NCBI GenBank assembly: GCA_964016885.1
Contig: OZ024740.1
Location: 319,176,001 to 319,240,000, forward strand
Length of the DNA stretch: 64,000 nucleotides
Direction of reading: 5' to 3'
Origin: Eledone cirrhosa
Taxonomy: Eukaryota
Shown: piece by piece, positions 43,501-57,900 of the stretch
Layout: every line of letters starts with the position of its first letter
Position numbering within the stretch: the stretch's first letter is position 1
Program-made: the position numbers and the translations under genes
The notes under the pieces: model-generated
Databases searched by the model: none
Seen by the model: only the letters and a program-made list of their open reading frames with translations
What the model was told of the DNA's origin: nothing

Positions 43501-46500
43501 GTCTCGTCTATTTCCACACCTTACATTCTATCTGACATTCTAACGACTCTACCCATTCTCTGTATTTCTACTACAATACTAACTTCAACTAATCCAGGAT
43601 TGTCTCGTCAATTTCCACAACTTACATTCTATCTCACATTCTAACGACTCTACCAATTCGCTGTCTTTCTAATACAATACTAACTTCAAATAATACGGGA
43701 TTGTCTCGTCTATTTCCACAACTTACATTCTATCTGACATTCTAACGACTCTACCAATTCGAAGTCATTCTACTAAAATACTCACAACAAATAATCCAGG
43801 ATTGTCTCGTCTATTTCCACAACTTACATTCTATCTAAAAGTCTAACGACTCTACCAATTCGAAGTCTTTCTACTACAATACTCACAACAAATAATCAAG
43901 AATTGTCTCGTCTATTTCCACACCTTACATTCTATCTGATATTCTAACGACTCTACCCATTCGCTGTATTTCTACTACGATACTAACTTCAAATAATCCA
44001 GGATCGTCACGTCTATTTCCACAACTTACATTCTATCTGATATTGTAACGACTCTACCAATTCGAAGACTTTTTACTACAATACTAACAACAAATAATTT
44101 AGGATTGTCTCGTTTATTTCCACAACTTACATTCTATCTGACGTTCTAACGATTCTACCCATTCGCTGTATTTCTACTAAAATACTAACTTCAAATAATC
44201 CAGGATTGTCTCGTCTATTTCCACAACTTACATTCCATCTCACATTCTAACGACTCTACCAATTCGAAGTCTTTCTACTACAGTACTCACAACAAATAAT
44301 CAAGGTTTGTATCGTCTATTTCCACAACTTACATTCTATCTGACATTCTAACGACTGTACCAATTCGAAGCCTTTCTACTACAATACTCACAACAAATAA
44401 TCCAGGATTGTCTCGTCTATTTCCACACCTTACATTCTATCTGACATTCTAACGACTCTACCAATTCGAAGTCTTTCTACTACAATACTAACTTCAGATA
44501 ATCCAGGATTGTCTCGTCTATTTCCACAACTTACATTCTATCTGACATTCTAACGACTCTACCAATTCGAAGTCTTTCTACTACAATACTCACAACAAAT
44601 AATCCAGGATTGTCTCGTCTATTTCCACACCTTACATTTTATCTGATATTCTAACGACTCTACCCATAAGCTGTAATTCTACTACAATACTAACTTCAAA
44701 TAATCCAGGATTGTCTCGTCTATTTCCACACCTTACATTCTATCTGACATTCTAACGACTCTACCAATTCGAAGTCTTTCTACTACAATACTAACTTCAG
44801 ATAATCCAGGATTGTCTCGTCTATTTCCACAACTTACATTCTATCTGACATTCTAACGACTCTACCAATTCGAAGTCTTTCTACTACAATACTCACAACA
44901 AATAATCCAGGATTGTCTCGTCTATTTCCACGCCTTACATTTTATCTGATATTCTAACGACTCTACCCATAAGCTGTAATTCTACTACAATACTAACTTC
45001 AAATAATCCAGGATTGTCACGTCTATTTCCACAAATTACATTCTATCTGATATTCTAACGACTCGACCAATTCGAAGTCTTTCTACTACAATACTCACAA
45101 CAAATAATCAAGGATTGTAACGTCTATTTCCACAACTTACATTCTATCTGACATTCTAACGACTCTACCAATTCGAGGTCTTTCTACTACAATACTCACA
45201 ACAAATAATCCAGGATTGTCTCCTCTATTTCAACAACTTACATTCCATCTCACATTCTAACGACTCTACCAATTCGAGGTCTTTCTACTAAAATACTAAC
45301 TTCAAATAATCCAGGATTGTCTCCTCTATTTCAACAACTTACATTCTATCTGACATTCTAACGACTCTACCAATTCGAGGTCTTTCTACTACAATACTCA
45401 CAACAAATAATCCAGGATTGTCTCGTCTATTTCCACAACTTACATTCTATCTGTCATTCTAACGACACTACCAATTCGAAGTCTTTCTACTACAATACTA
45501 ACTTTAAATAATCCAGGATTGTCTCCTCTATTTCAACAGCTTACATTCTATCTGACATTCTAACGACTCTACCAATTTGAGGTCTTTCTACTACAATACT
45601 CACAACAAATAATCCAGGATTGTCTCGTCTATTTCTACACCTTACATTCTATCTGACATTGTAACGACTCTACCAATTCGCTGTATTTCTACTAAAATAC
45701 TAACTTCAAATAATCCAGGATTGTCTCATCTATTTCCACAACTTACATTCTATCTGATATTCTAACGACTCTACCAATTCGAGGTCTTTCTACTACAATA
45801 CTCACAACAAATAATCCAGGATTGTCTCGTCTATTTCCACAACTTACATCCTATCTCACATTCTAACGACTCTACCAATTCGCTGTCTTTCTAATACAAT
45901 ACTCACAACAAATAATCAAGGATTGTCACGTCTATTTCCACAACTTACATATCTGACATTCTAACGACTCTACCAATTTGAAGTCTTTCTACTACAATAC
46001 TCAGAACAAATAATCAAGGATTGTCACGTCTATTTCCACAACTTACATTCTATCTGATATTCTAACGACACTACCAATTCGAAGTCTTTCTACTACAATA
46101 CTCACGACAAATAATCCAGGATTGTCTCCTCTATTTCCACAACTTACATTCCATCTGACATTCTAACGACTCTACCAATTCGAGGTCTTTCTACTAAAAT
46201 ACTAACTTCAAATAATCCAGGATTGTCTCGTCTATTTCCACAACTTACATTCCATCTCACATTCTAACGACTCTACCAATTCGAAGTCTTTCTACTACAG
46301 TACTCACAACAAATATTCAAGGTTTGTATCGTCTATTTCCACAACTTACATTTATCTGACATTCTAACGACTGTACCAATTCGAAGCCTTTCTACTACAA
46401 TACTGACAACAAATAATCCAGGATTGTCACGTCTATTTCCACACCTTACATTCTATCTGACATTCTAACGACTCTACCAATTCGAAGTCTTTCTACTACA

Positions 46501-47960
46501 ATACTAACTTCAAATAATCCAGGATTGGCTCGTCTATTTCCACAACTTACATTCTATCTGACATTCTAACGACTCTACCAATTCGAAGTCTTTCTACTAC
46601 AATACTAACAACAAATAATCTAGGATTGTCTCGTCTATTTCCACAACTTACATTCTATCTGACATTCTAACGACTCTACCAATTCGAAGTCTTTCTACTA
46701 CAATACTCACAACAAATAATCCAGGATTGTCTCGTCTATTTCCACACCTTACATTTTATCTGATATTCTAACGACTCTACCCATAAGCTGTATTTCTACT
46801 ACAATACTAACTTCAAATAATCCAGGATTGTCACGTCTATTTCCACAACTTACATTCTATCTGATATTCTAACGACTCTACCAATTCGAAGTCTTTCTAC
46901 TACAATACTCACAACAAATAATCAAGGATTGTCACGTCTATTTCCACAACTTACATTCTATCTGATATTCTAACGACACTACCAATTCGAAGTCTTTCTA
47001 CTACAATACTATCTTTAAATAATCCAGGATTGTCTCCTCTATTTCAACAACTTACATTCTATCTGACATTCTAACGACTCTACCAATTCGAGGTCTTTCT
47101 ACTACAATACTCACAACAAATAATCCAGGATTGTCTCGTCTATCTCCACGCCTTACATTCTATCTGACATTCTAACGACTCTACCAATTCGCTGTATTTC
47201 TACTAAAATACTAACTTCAAATAATCCAGGATTGTCTCATCTATTTCCACAACTTACATTCTATCTGATATTCGAACGACTCTACCAATTCGAAGTATTT
47301 CTACTACAATACTCACAACAAATCATCCAGGATTGTCTCCTCTATTTCCACAACATACATTCTATCTGACATTCAATCGTCTCTATCAATTCGAAGTCTT
47401 TCTACTACAATACTAATAACAAATAATCCAGGATTGTCTCGTCTATTTCCACAAGTTACATTTTATCTGACATTCTAACGACTCTACCAATTCGAAGTCT
47501 TTCTACTACAATACTCACAACAATTAATCCAGGATTGTATCGTCTATTTCCACAACTTACATTCTATCTGACGTTCTAACGACTCTACCAATTTGAAGTC
47601 TTTCTACTACAATACTCACAACAAATAATCAAGGATTGTATCGTCTATTTCCACAACTTACATTCTATCTGACATTCTAACGACTCTACCAATTCGAAGT
47701 CTTTCTACTAAAATACACACAACAAATAATCCAGGATTGTCTCGTCTATTTCCACACCTTACATTCTATTTGACATTCTAACGACTCTACCCATTCTCTG
47801 TATTTCTACTACAATACTAACTTCAAATAATCCAGGATTGTCTCGTCTATTTCCACAACTTACATTCTATCTCACATTCTAACGACTCTACCAATTCGCT
47901 GTCTTTCTAATACAATACTAACTTCAAATAATACGGGATTGTCTCGTCTATTTCCACAAC
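35600..47960 (+). repeat. Tandem duplication of a ~64-monomer (~6.46 kb) block
   Basis: CTGAGGTTCT 36971/43431 (6460), GGATCGTCAC 37642/44001 (6359), CAGAACAAA 39441/46002 (6561), GGATTGGCT 39961/46522 (6561) and ATTCAATCGT 40911/47371 (6460). Confidence 0.92.
41041..42450 (+). repeat. 7-monomer (707 bp) tandem duplication
   Basis: TACACACAAC 41254/41961 and TTCTATTTGAC 41304/42011 both give offset 707. Confidence 0.9.
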
Positions 47961-50900
47961 TTACATTCTATCTAAAAGTCTAACGACTCTACCAATTCGA
48001 AGTCTTTCTACTACAATGCTAACATCAACTAATCTAGGATTGTCTCGTCTATTTCCACAACTTACATTCTATCTGACATTCTAACGACTCTACCCATTCG
48101 CTGTATTTCTACTACGATACTAACTTCAAATAATCCAGGATTGTCACGTCTATTTCCACAACTTACATTCTATCTGATATTCTAACGACTCTACCAATTC
48201 GAAGACTGTTTACTACAATACTAACAACAAATAATTTAGGATTGTCTCGTTTATTTCCACAACTTACATTCTATCTGACGTTCTAACGATTCTACCCATT
48301 CGCTGTATTTCTACTAAAATACTAACTTCAAATAATCCAGGATTGTCTCGTCTATTTCCACAACTTACATTCCATCTCACATTCTAACGACTCTACCAAT
48401 TCGAAGTCTTTCTACTACAGTACTCACAACAAATAATCAAGGTTTGTATCGTCTATTTCCACAACTTACATTCTATCTGACGTTCTAACGACTGTACCAA
48501 TTCGAAGCCTTTCTACTACAATACTCACAACAAATAATCCAGGATTGTCTCGTCTATTTCCACACCTTACATTCTATCTGACATTCTAACGACTCTACCA
48601 ATTCGAAGTCTTTCTACTACAATACTAACTTCAAATAATCCAGGATTGTCTCGTCTATTTCCACAACTTACATTCTATCTGACATTCTAACGACTCTACC
48701 AATTCGAAGTCTTTCTACTACAATACTAACAACAAATAATCTAGGATTGTCTCGTCTATTTCCACAACTTACATTCTATCTGACATTCTAACGACTCTAC
48801 CAATTCGAAGTCTTTCTACTACAATACTCACAACAAATAATCCAGGATTGTCTCGTCTATTTCCACGCCTTACATTTTATCTGATATTCTAACGACTCTA
48901 CCCATAAGCTGTAATTCTACTACAATACTAACTTCAAATAATCCAGGATTGTCACGTCTATTTCCACAACTTACATTCTATCTGATATTCTAACGACTCG
49001 ACCAATTCGAAGTCTTTCTACTACAATACTCACAACAAATAATCAAGGATTGTAACGTCTATTTCCACAACTTACATTCTATCTGACATTCTAACGACTC
49101 TACCAATTCGAGGTCTTTCTACTACAATACTCACAACAAATAATCCAGGATTGTCTCCTCTATTTCAACAACTTACATTCCATCTCACATTCTAACGACT
49201 CTACCAATTCGAGGTCTTTCTACTAAAATACTAACTTCAAATAATCCAGGATTGTCTCCTCTATTTCAACAACTTACATTCTATCTGACATTCTAACGAC
49301 TCTACCAATTCGAGGTCTTTCTACTACAATACTCACAACAAATAATCCAGGATTGTCTCGTCTATTTCTACACATTACATTCTATCTGACATTGTAACGA
49401 CTCTACCAATTCGCAGTATTTCTACTAAAATACTAACTTCAAATAATCCAGGAATCTCTCATCTATTTCCACAACTTACATTCTATCTGATATTCTAACG
49501 ACTCTACCAATTCGAGGTCTTTCTACTACAATACTCACAACAAATAATCCAGGATTGTCTCGTCTATTTCCACAACTTACATTCTATCTCACATTCTAAC
49601 GACTCTACCAATTCGCTGTCTTTCTAATACAATACTAACTTCAAATAATCCGGGATTGTCTCGTCTATTTCCACAACTTACATTCTGTCTGATATTCTAA
49701 CGACTCTACCAATTCGAAGTCATTCTTCTACAATACTCACAACAAATAATCCAGGATTGTCTCGTCTATTTCCACAACTTACATTCTAGCTAAAAGTCTA
49801 ACGACTCTACCAATTCGAAGTCTTTCTACTACAATACTAACATCAACTAATCTAGGATTGTCTCGTCTATTTCCACAACTTACATATCTGACATTCTAAC
49901 GACTCTACCAATTTGAAGTCTTTCTACTACAATACTCACAACAAATAATCAAGGATTGTCACGTCTATTTCCACAACTTACATTCTATCTGATATTCTAA
50001 CGACACTACCAATTCGAAGTCTTTCTACTACAATACTCACGACAAATAATCCAGGATTGTCTCCTCTATTTCCACAACTTACATTCCATCTGACATTCTA
50101 ACGACTCTACCAATTCGAGGTCTTTCTACTAAAATACTAACTTCAAATAATCCAGGATTGTCTCGTCTATTTCCACAACTTACATTCCATCTCACATTCT
50201 AACGACTCTACCAATTCGAAGTCTTTCTACTACAGTACTCACAACAAATATTCAAGGTTTGTATCGTCTATTTCCACAACTTACATTTATCTGACATTCT
50301 AACGACTGTACCAATTCGAAGCCTTTCTACTACAATACTCACAACAAATAATCCAGGATTGTCTCGTCTATTTCCACACCTTACATTCTATCTGACATTC
50401 TAACGACTCTACCAATTCGAAGTCTTTCTACTACAATACTAACAACAAATAATCTAGGATTGTCTCGTCTATTTCCACAACTTACATTCTATCTGACATT
50501 CTAACGACTCTACCAATTCGAAGTCTTTCTACTACAATACTCACAACAAATAATCCAGGATTGTCTCGTCTATTTCCACACCTTACATTTTATCTGATAT
50601 TCTAACGACTCTACCCATAAGCTGTATTTCTACTACAATACTAACTTCAAATAATCCAGGATTGTCACGTCTATTTCCACAACTTACATTCTATCTGATA
50701 TTCTAACGACTCTACCAATTCGAAGTCTTTCTACTACAATACTCACAACAAATAATCAAGGATTGTCACGTCTATTTCCACAACTTACATTCTATCTGAT
50801 ATTCTAACGACACTACCAATTCGAAGTCTTTCTACTACAATACTATCTTTAAATAATCCAGGATTGTCTCCTCTATTTCAACAACTTACATTCTATCTGA

Positions 50901-51999
50901 CATTCTAACGACTCTACCAATTCGAGGTCTTTCTACTACAATACTCACAACAAATAATCCAGGATTGTCTCGTCTATTTCCACGCCTTACATTCTATCTG
51001 ACATTCTAACGACTCTACCAATTCGCTGTATTTCTACTAAAATACTAACTTCAAATAATCCAGGATTGTCTCATCTATTTCCACAACTTACATTCTATCT
51101 GATATTCGAACGACTCTACCAATTCGAAGTATTTCTACTACAATACTAACAACAAATAATCCAGGATTGTCTCGTCTATTTCCACAACTTACATTCTATC
51201 TGATATTCTAACGACACTACCAATTCGAAGTCTTTCTACTACAATACTAACTTTAAATAATCCAGGATTGTCTCCTCTATTTCAACAACTTACATTCCAT
51301 CTCACATTCTAACGACTCTACCAATTCGAAGTCTTTCAACTACAGTACTCACAACAAATAATCAAGGTTTGTATCGTCTATTTCCACAACTTACATTCTA
51401 TCTGACATTCTAACGACTCTACCAATTCGAAGTCTTTCTACTACAATACTCACAACAAATAATCCAGGATTGTCTCGTCTATTTCCACACCTTACATTTT
51501 ATCTGATATTCTAACGACTCTACCCATAAGCTGTATTTCTACTACAATACTAACTTCAAATAATCCAGGATTGTCACATCTATTTCCACAACTTACATTC
51601 TATCTGATATTCTAACGACTCTACCAATTCGAAGTCTTTCTACTACAATACTCACAACAAATAATCCAGGATTGTCTCCTCTATTTCCACAACTTACATT
51701 CTATCTGTCATTCTAACGACACTACCAATTCGAAGTCTTTCTACTACAATACTAACTTTAAATGATCCAGGATTGTCTCCTCTATTTCAACAACTTACAT
51801 TCTATCTAACATTCTAACGACTCTACCAATTTGAGGCCTTTCTACTACAATACTCACAACAAATAATCCAGGATTGTCTCGTCTATTTCTACACCTTACA
51901 TTCTATCTGACATTCTAACGACTCTACCAATTCGCTGTATTTCTACTAAAATACTAACTTCAAATAATCCAGGATTGTCTCATCTATTTCCACAACTTA

Positions 52000-54900
52000 C
52001 ATTCTATCTGATATTCTAACGACTCTACCAATTCGAAGTCTTTCTACTACAATACTCACAACAAATAATCCAGGATTGTCTCGTCTATTTCCACGCCTTA
52101 CATTTTATCTGATATTCTAACGACTCTACCCATAAGCTGTATTTCTACTACAATACTAACTTCAAATAATCCAGGATTGTCACGTCCATTTCCACAACTT
52201 ACATTCTATCTGATATTCTAACGACTCGACCAATTCGAAGTCTTTCTACTACAATACTCACAACAAATAATCAAGGATTGTAACGTCTATTTCCACAACT
52301 TACATTCTATCTGACATTCTAACGACTCTACCAATTCGAAGTCTTTCTACTACAATACTCACGACAAATAATCCAGGATTGTCTCCTCTATTTCAACAAC
52401 TTACATTCTATCTGACATTCTAACGACTCTAACAATTCGAGGTCTTTCTACTACAATACTCACAACAAATAATCCAGGATTGTCTCGTCTATTTCCACAA
52501 CTTACATTCCATCTCACATTCTAACGACTCTACCAATTCGAGGTCTTTCTACTAAAATACTAACTTCAAATAATCCAGGATTGTCTCGTCTGTTTCCACA
52601 ACTTACATTCCATCTCACATTCTAACGACTCTACCAATTCGAAGTCTTTCTACTACAGTACTCACAACAAATATTCAAGGTTTGTATCGTCTATTTCCAC
52701 AACTTACATTGATCTGACATTCTAACGACTGTACCAATTCGAAGCCTTTCTACTACAATACTCACAACAAATAATCCAGGATTGTCTCGTCTATTTCCAC
52801 ACCTTACATTCTATCTGACATTCTAACGACTCTACCAATTCGAAGTCTTTCTACTACAATACTAACTTCAAATAATCCAGGATTGTCTCGTCTATTTCCA
52901 CAACTTACATTCTATCTGACATTCTAACGACTCTACCAATTCGAAGTCTTTCTACTACAATACTAACAACAAATAATCTAGGATTGTCTCGTCTATTTCC
53001 ACAACTTACATTCTATCTGACATTCTAACGACTCTACCAATTCGAAGTCTTTCTACTACAATACTCACAACAAATAATCCAGGATTGTCTCGTCTATTTC
53101 CACACCTTACATTTTATCTGATATTCTAACGACTCTACCCATAAGCTGTATTTCTACTACAATACTAACTTCAAATAATCCAGGATTGTCACGTCTATTT
53201 CCACAACTTACATTCTATCTGATATTCTAACGACTCTACCAATTCGAAGTCTTTCTACTACAATACTAACAACAAATAATTTACGATTGTCTCGTCTATT
53301 TCCACAACTTACATTCTATCTGACGTTCTAACGATTCTACCCATTCGCTGTATTTCTACTAAAATACTAACTTCAAATAATCCAGGATTGTCTCGTCTAT
53401 TTCCACAACTTACATTCTATCTGACATTCTAACGACTCGACCAATTCGAAGTCTTTCTACTACAATACTCACAACAAATAATCAAGGATTGTAACGTCTA
53501 TTTCCACAACTTACATTCTATCTGTCATTCTAACGACTATACCAATTCGAAGTCTTTCTACTACAATACTCACAACAAATAATCCAGGATTGTCTCGTCT
53601 ATTTCCACACCTTACATTCTATCTGACATTCTAACGACTCTACCAATTCGAAGTCTTTCTACTACAATACTCACAACAAATAATCCAGGATTGTCTCCTC
53701 TATTTCCACAACTTACATTCTATGTGTCATTCTAACGACACTACCAATTCGAAGTCTTTCTACTACAATACTAACTTTAAATAATCCAGGATTGTCTCCT
53801 CTATTTCAACAACTTACATTCTATCTGACATTCTAACGACTCTACCAATTTGAGGTCTTTCTACTACAATACTCACAACAAATTATCCAGGATTGTCTCG
53901 TCTATTTCTACACCTTACATTCTATCTGACATTCTAACGACTCTACCAATTCGCTGTATTTCTACTAAAATACTAACTTCAAATAATCCAGGATTGTCTC
54001 ATCTATTTCCACAACTTACATTCTATCTGATATTCTAACGACTCTACCAATTCAAGGTCTTTCTACTACTATACTCACAACAAATAATCCAGGATTGTCT
54101 CGTCTATTTCCACATCTTACATTCTATCTCACATTCTAACGACTCTACCAATTCGCTGTTTTTCTAATACAATACCAACTTCAAATAATCCGGGATTGTC
54201 TCGTCTATTTCCACAACTTACATTCTGTCTGACATTCTAACGACTCTACCAATTCGAAGTCATTCTACTACAATACTCACAACAAATAATCCAGGATTGT
54301 CTCATCTATTTCCACAACTTACATTCTATCTGATATTCTAACGACTCTACCAATTCAAGGTCTTTCTACTACAATACTCACAACAAATAATCCGGGATTG
54401 TCTCGTCTATTTACACAACTTACATTCTATCTAAAAGTCTAACGACTCTACCAATTCGAAGTCTTTCTACTACAATACTAACATCAACTAATCTAGGATT
54501 GTCTCGTCTATTTCCACAACATACATATCTGACATTCTAACGACTCTACCAATTTGAAGTCTTTCTACTACAATACTCACAACAAATAATCAAGGATTGT
54601 CACGTCTATTTCCACAACTTACATTCTATCTGATATTCTAACGACAATACCAATTCGAAGTCTTTCTACTACAATACTAACTTTAAATAATCCAGGATTG
54701 TCTCCTCTATTTCAACAACTTACATTCTATCTGACATTCTAACGACTCTACCAATTCGAGGTCTTTCTACTACAATACTCACAACAAATAATCCAGGATT
54801 GTCTCGTCTATATCCACACCTTACATTCTATCTGACATTCTAACGACTCTACCAATTCGAAGTCTTTCTACTACAATACTCACAACAAATAATCCAGGAT

Positions 54901-57900
54901 TGTCTCGTCTATTTCCACACCTTACATTTTATCTGATATTCTAACGACTCTACCCATAATCTGTATTTCTACTACAATACTAACTTCAAATAATCCAGGA
55001 TTGTCACGTCTATTTCCACAACTTACATTCTATCTGATATTCTAACGACTCGACCAATTCGAAGTCTTTCTACTACAATACTCACAACAAATAATCAAGG
55101 ATTGTAACGTCTATTTCCACAACTTACATTCTATCTGACATTCTAACGACTCTACCAATTCGAAGTCTTTCTACTACAATACTCACGACAAATAATCCAG
55201 GATTGTCTCCTCTATTTCAACAACTTACATTCTATCTGACATTCTAACGACTCTACCAATTCGAGGTCTTTCTACTACAATACTCACAACAAATAATCCA
55301 GGATTGTCTCGTCTATTTCCACAACTTACATTCCATCTCACATTCTAACGACTCTACCAATTCGAGGTCTTTCTACTAAAATACTAACTTCAAATAATCC
55401 AGGATTGTCTCGTCTGTTTCCACAACTTACATTCCATCTCACATTCTAACGACTCTACCAATTCGAAGTCTTTCTACTACAGTACTCACAACAAATATTC
55501 AAGGTTTGTATCGTCTATTTCCACAACTTACATTGATCTGACATTCTAACGACTGTACCAATTCGAAGCCTTTCTACTACAATACTCACAACAAATAATC
55601 CAGGATTGTCTCGTCTATTTCCACACCTTACATTCTATCTGACATTCTAACGACTCTACCAATTCGAAGTCTTTCTACTACAATACTAACTTCAAATAAT
55701 CCAGGATTGTCTCGTCTATTTCCACAACTTACATTCTATCTGATATTCTAACGACTCTACCAATTCGAAGTCTTTCTACTACAATACTCACAACAAATAA
55801 TCCAGGATTGTCTCGTCTATTTCCACACCTTACATTTTATCTGATATTCTAACGACTCTACCCATAAGCTGTATTTCTACTACAATACTAACTTCAAATA
55901 ATCCAGGATTGTCACGTCTATTTCCACAACTTACATTCTATCTGATATTCTAACGACTCGACCAATTCGAAGTCTTTCTACTACAATACTAACAACAAAT
56001 AATTTACGATTGTCTCGTCTATTTCCACAACTTACATTCTATCTGACGTTCTAACGATTCTACCCATTCGCTGTATTTCTACTAAAATACTAACTTCAAA
56101 TAATCCAGGATTGTCTCGTCTATTTCCACAACTTACATTCTATCTGACATTCTAACGACTCGACCAATTCGAAGTCTTTCTACTACAATACTCACAACAA
56201 ATAATCAAGGATTGTAACGTCTATTTCCACAACTTACATTCTATCTGTCATTCTAACGACTATACCAATTCGAAGTCTTTCTACTACAATACTCACAACA
56301 AATAATCCAGGATTGTCTCGTCTATTTCCACACCTTACATTCTATCTTACATTCTAACGACTCTACCAATTCGAAGTCTTTCTACTACAATACTCACAAC
56401 AAATAATCCAGGATTGTCTCCTCTATTTCCACAACTTACATTCTATCTGTCATTCTAACGACACTACCAATTCGAAGTCTTTCTACTACAATACTAACTT
56501 TAAATAATCCAGGATTGTCTCCTCTATTTCAACAACTTACATTCTATCTGACATTCTAACGACTCTACCAATTCGCTGTATTTCTACTAAAATACTAACT
56601 TCAAATAATCCAGGATTGTCTCATCTATTTCCACAACTTACATTCTATCTGATATTCTAACGACTCTACCAATTCAAGGTCTTTCTACTACAATACTCAC
56701 AACAAATAATCCAGGATTGTCTCGTCTATTTCCACATCTTACATTCTATCTCACATTCTAACGACTCTACCAATTCGCTGTTTTTCTAATACAATACCAA
56801 CTTCAAATAATCCGGGATTGTCTCGTCTATTTCCACAACTTACATTCTGTCTGACATTCTAACGACTCTACCAATTCGAAGTCATTCTACTACAATACTC
56901 ACAACAAATAATCCAGGATTGTCTCATCTATTTCCACAACTTACATTCTATCTGATATTCTAACGACTCTACCAATTCAAGGTCTTTCTACTACAATACT
57001 CACAACAAATAATCCGGGATTGTCTCGTCTATTTACACAACTTACATTCTGTCTGACATTCTAACGACTCTACCAATTCGAAGTCATTCTACTACAATAC
57101 TCACAACAAATAATCCAGGATTGTCTCGTCTATTTCCACAACTTACATTCTATCTAAAAGTCTAACGACTCTACCAATTCGAAGTCTTTCTACTACAATA
57201 CTAACATCAACTAATCTAGGATTGTCTCGTCTATTTCCACAACATACATATCTGACATTCTAACGACTCTACCAATTTGAAGTCTTTCTACTACAATACT
57301 CACAACAAATAATCAAGGATTGTCACGTCTATTTCCACAACTTACATTCTATCTGATATTCTAACGACAATACCAATTCGAAGTCTTTCTACTACAATAC
57401 TAACTTTAAATAATCCAGGATTGTCTCCTCTATTTCAACAACTTACATTCTATCTGACATTCTAACGACTCTACCAATTTGAGGTCTTTCTACTACAATA
57501 CTCACAACAAATTATCCAGGATTGTCTCGTCTATTTCTACACCTTACATTCTATCTGACATTCTAACGACTCTACCAATTCGCTGTTTTTCTAATACAAT
57601 ACCAACTTCAAATAATCCGGGATTGTCTCGTCTATTTCCACAACTTACATTCTGTCTGACATTCTAACGACTCTACCAATTCGAAGTCATTCTACTACAA
57701 TACTCACAACAAATAATCCAGGATTGTCTCGTCTATTTCCACAACTTACATTCTATCTAAAAGTCTAACGACTCTACCAATTCGAAGTCTTTCTTCTACA
57801 ATACTAACATCAACTAATCTAGGATTGTCTCGTCTATTTCCACAACTTACATATCTGACATTCTAACGACTCTACCAATTTGAAGTCTTTCTACTACAAT

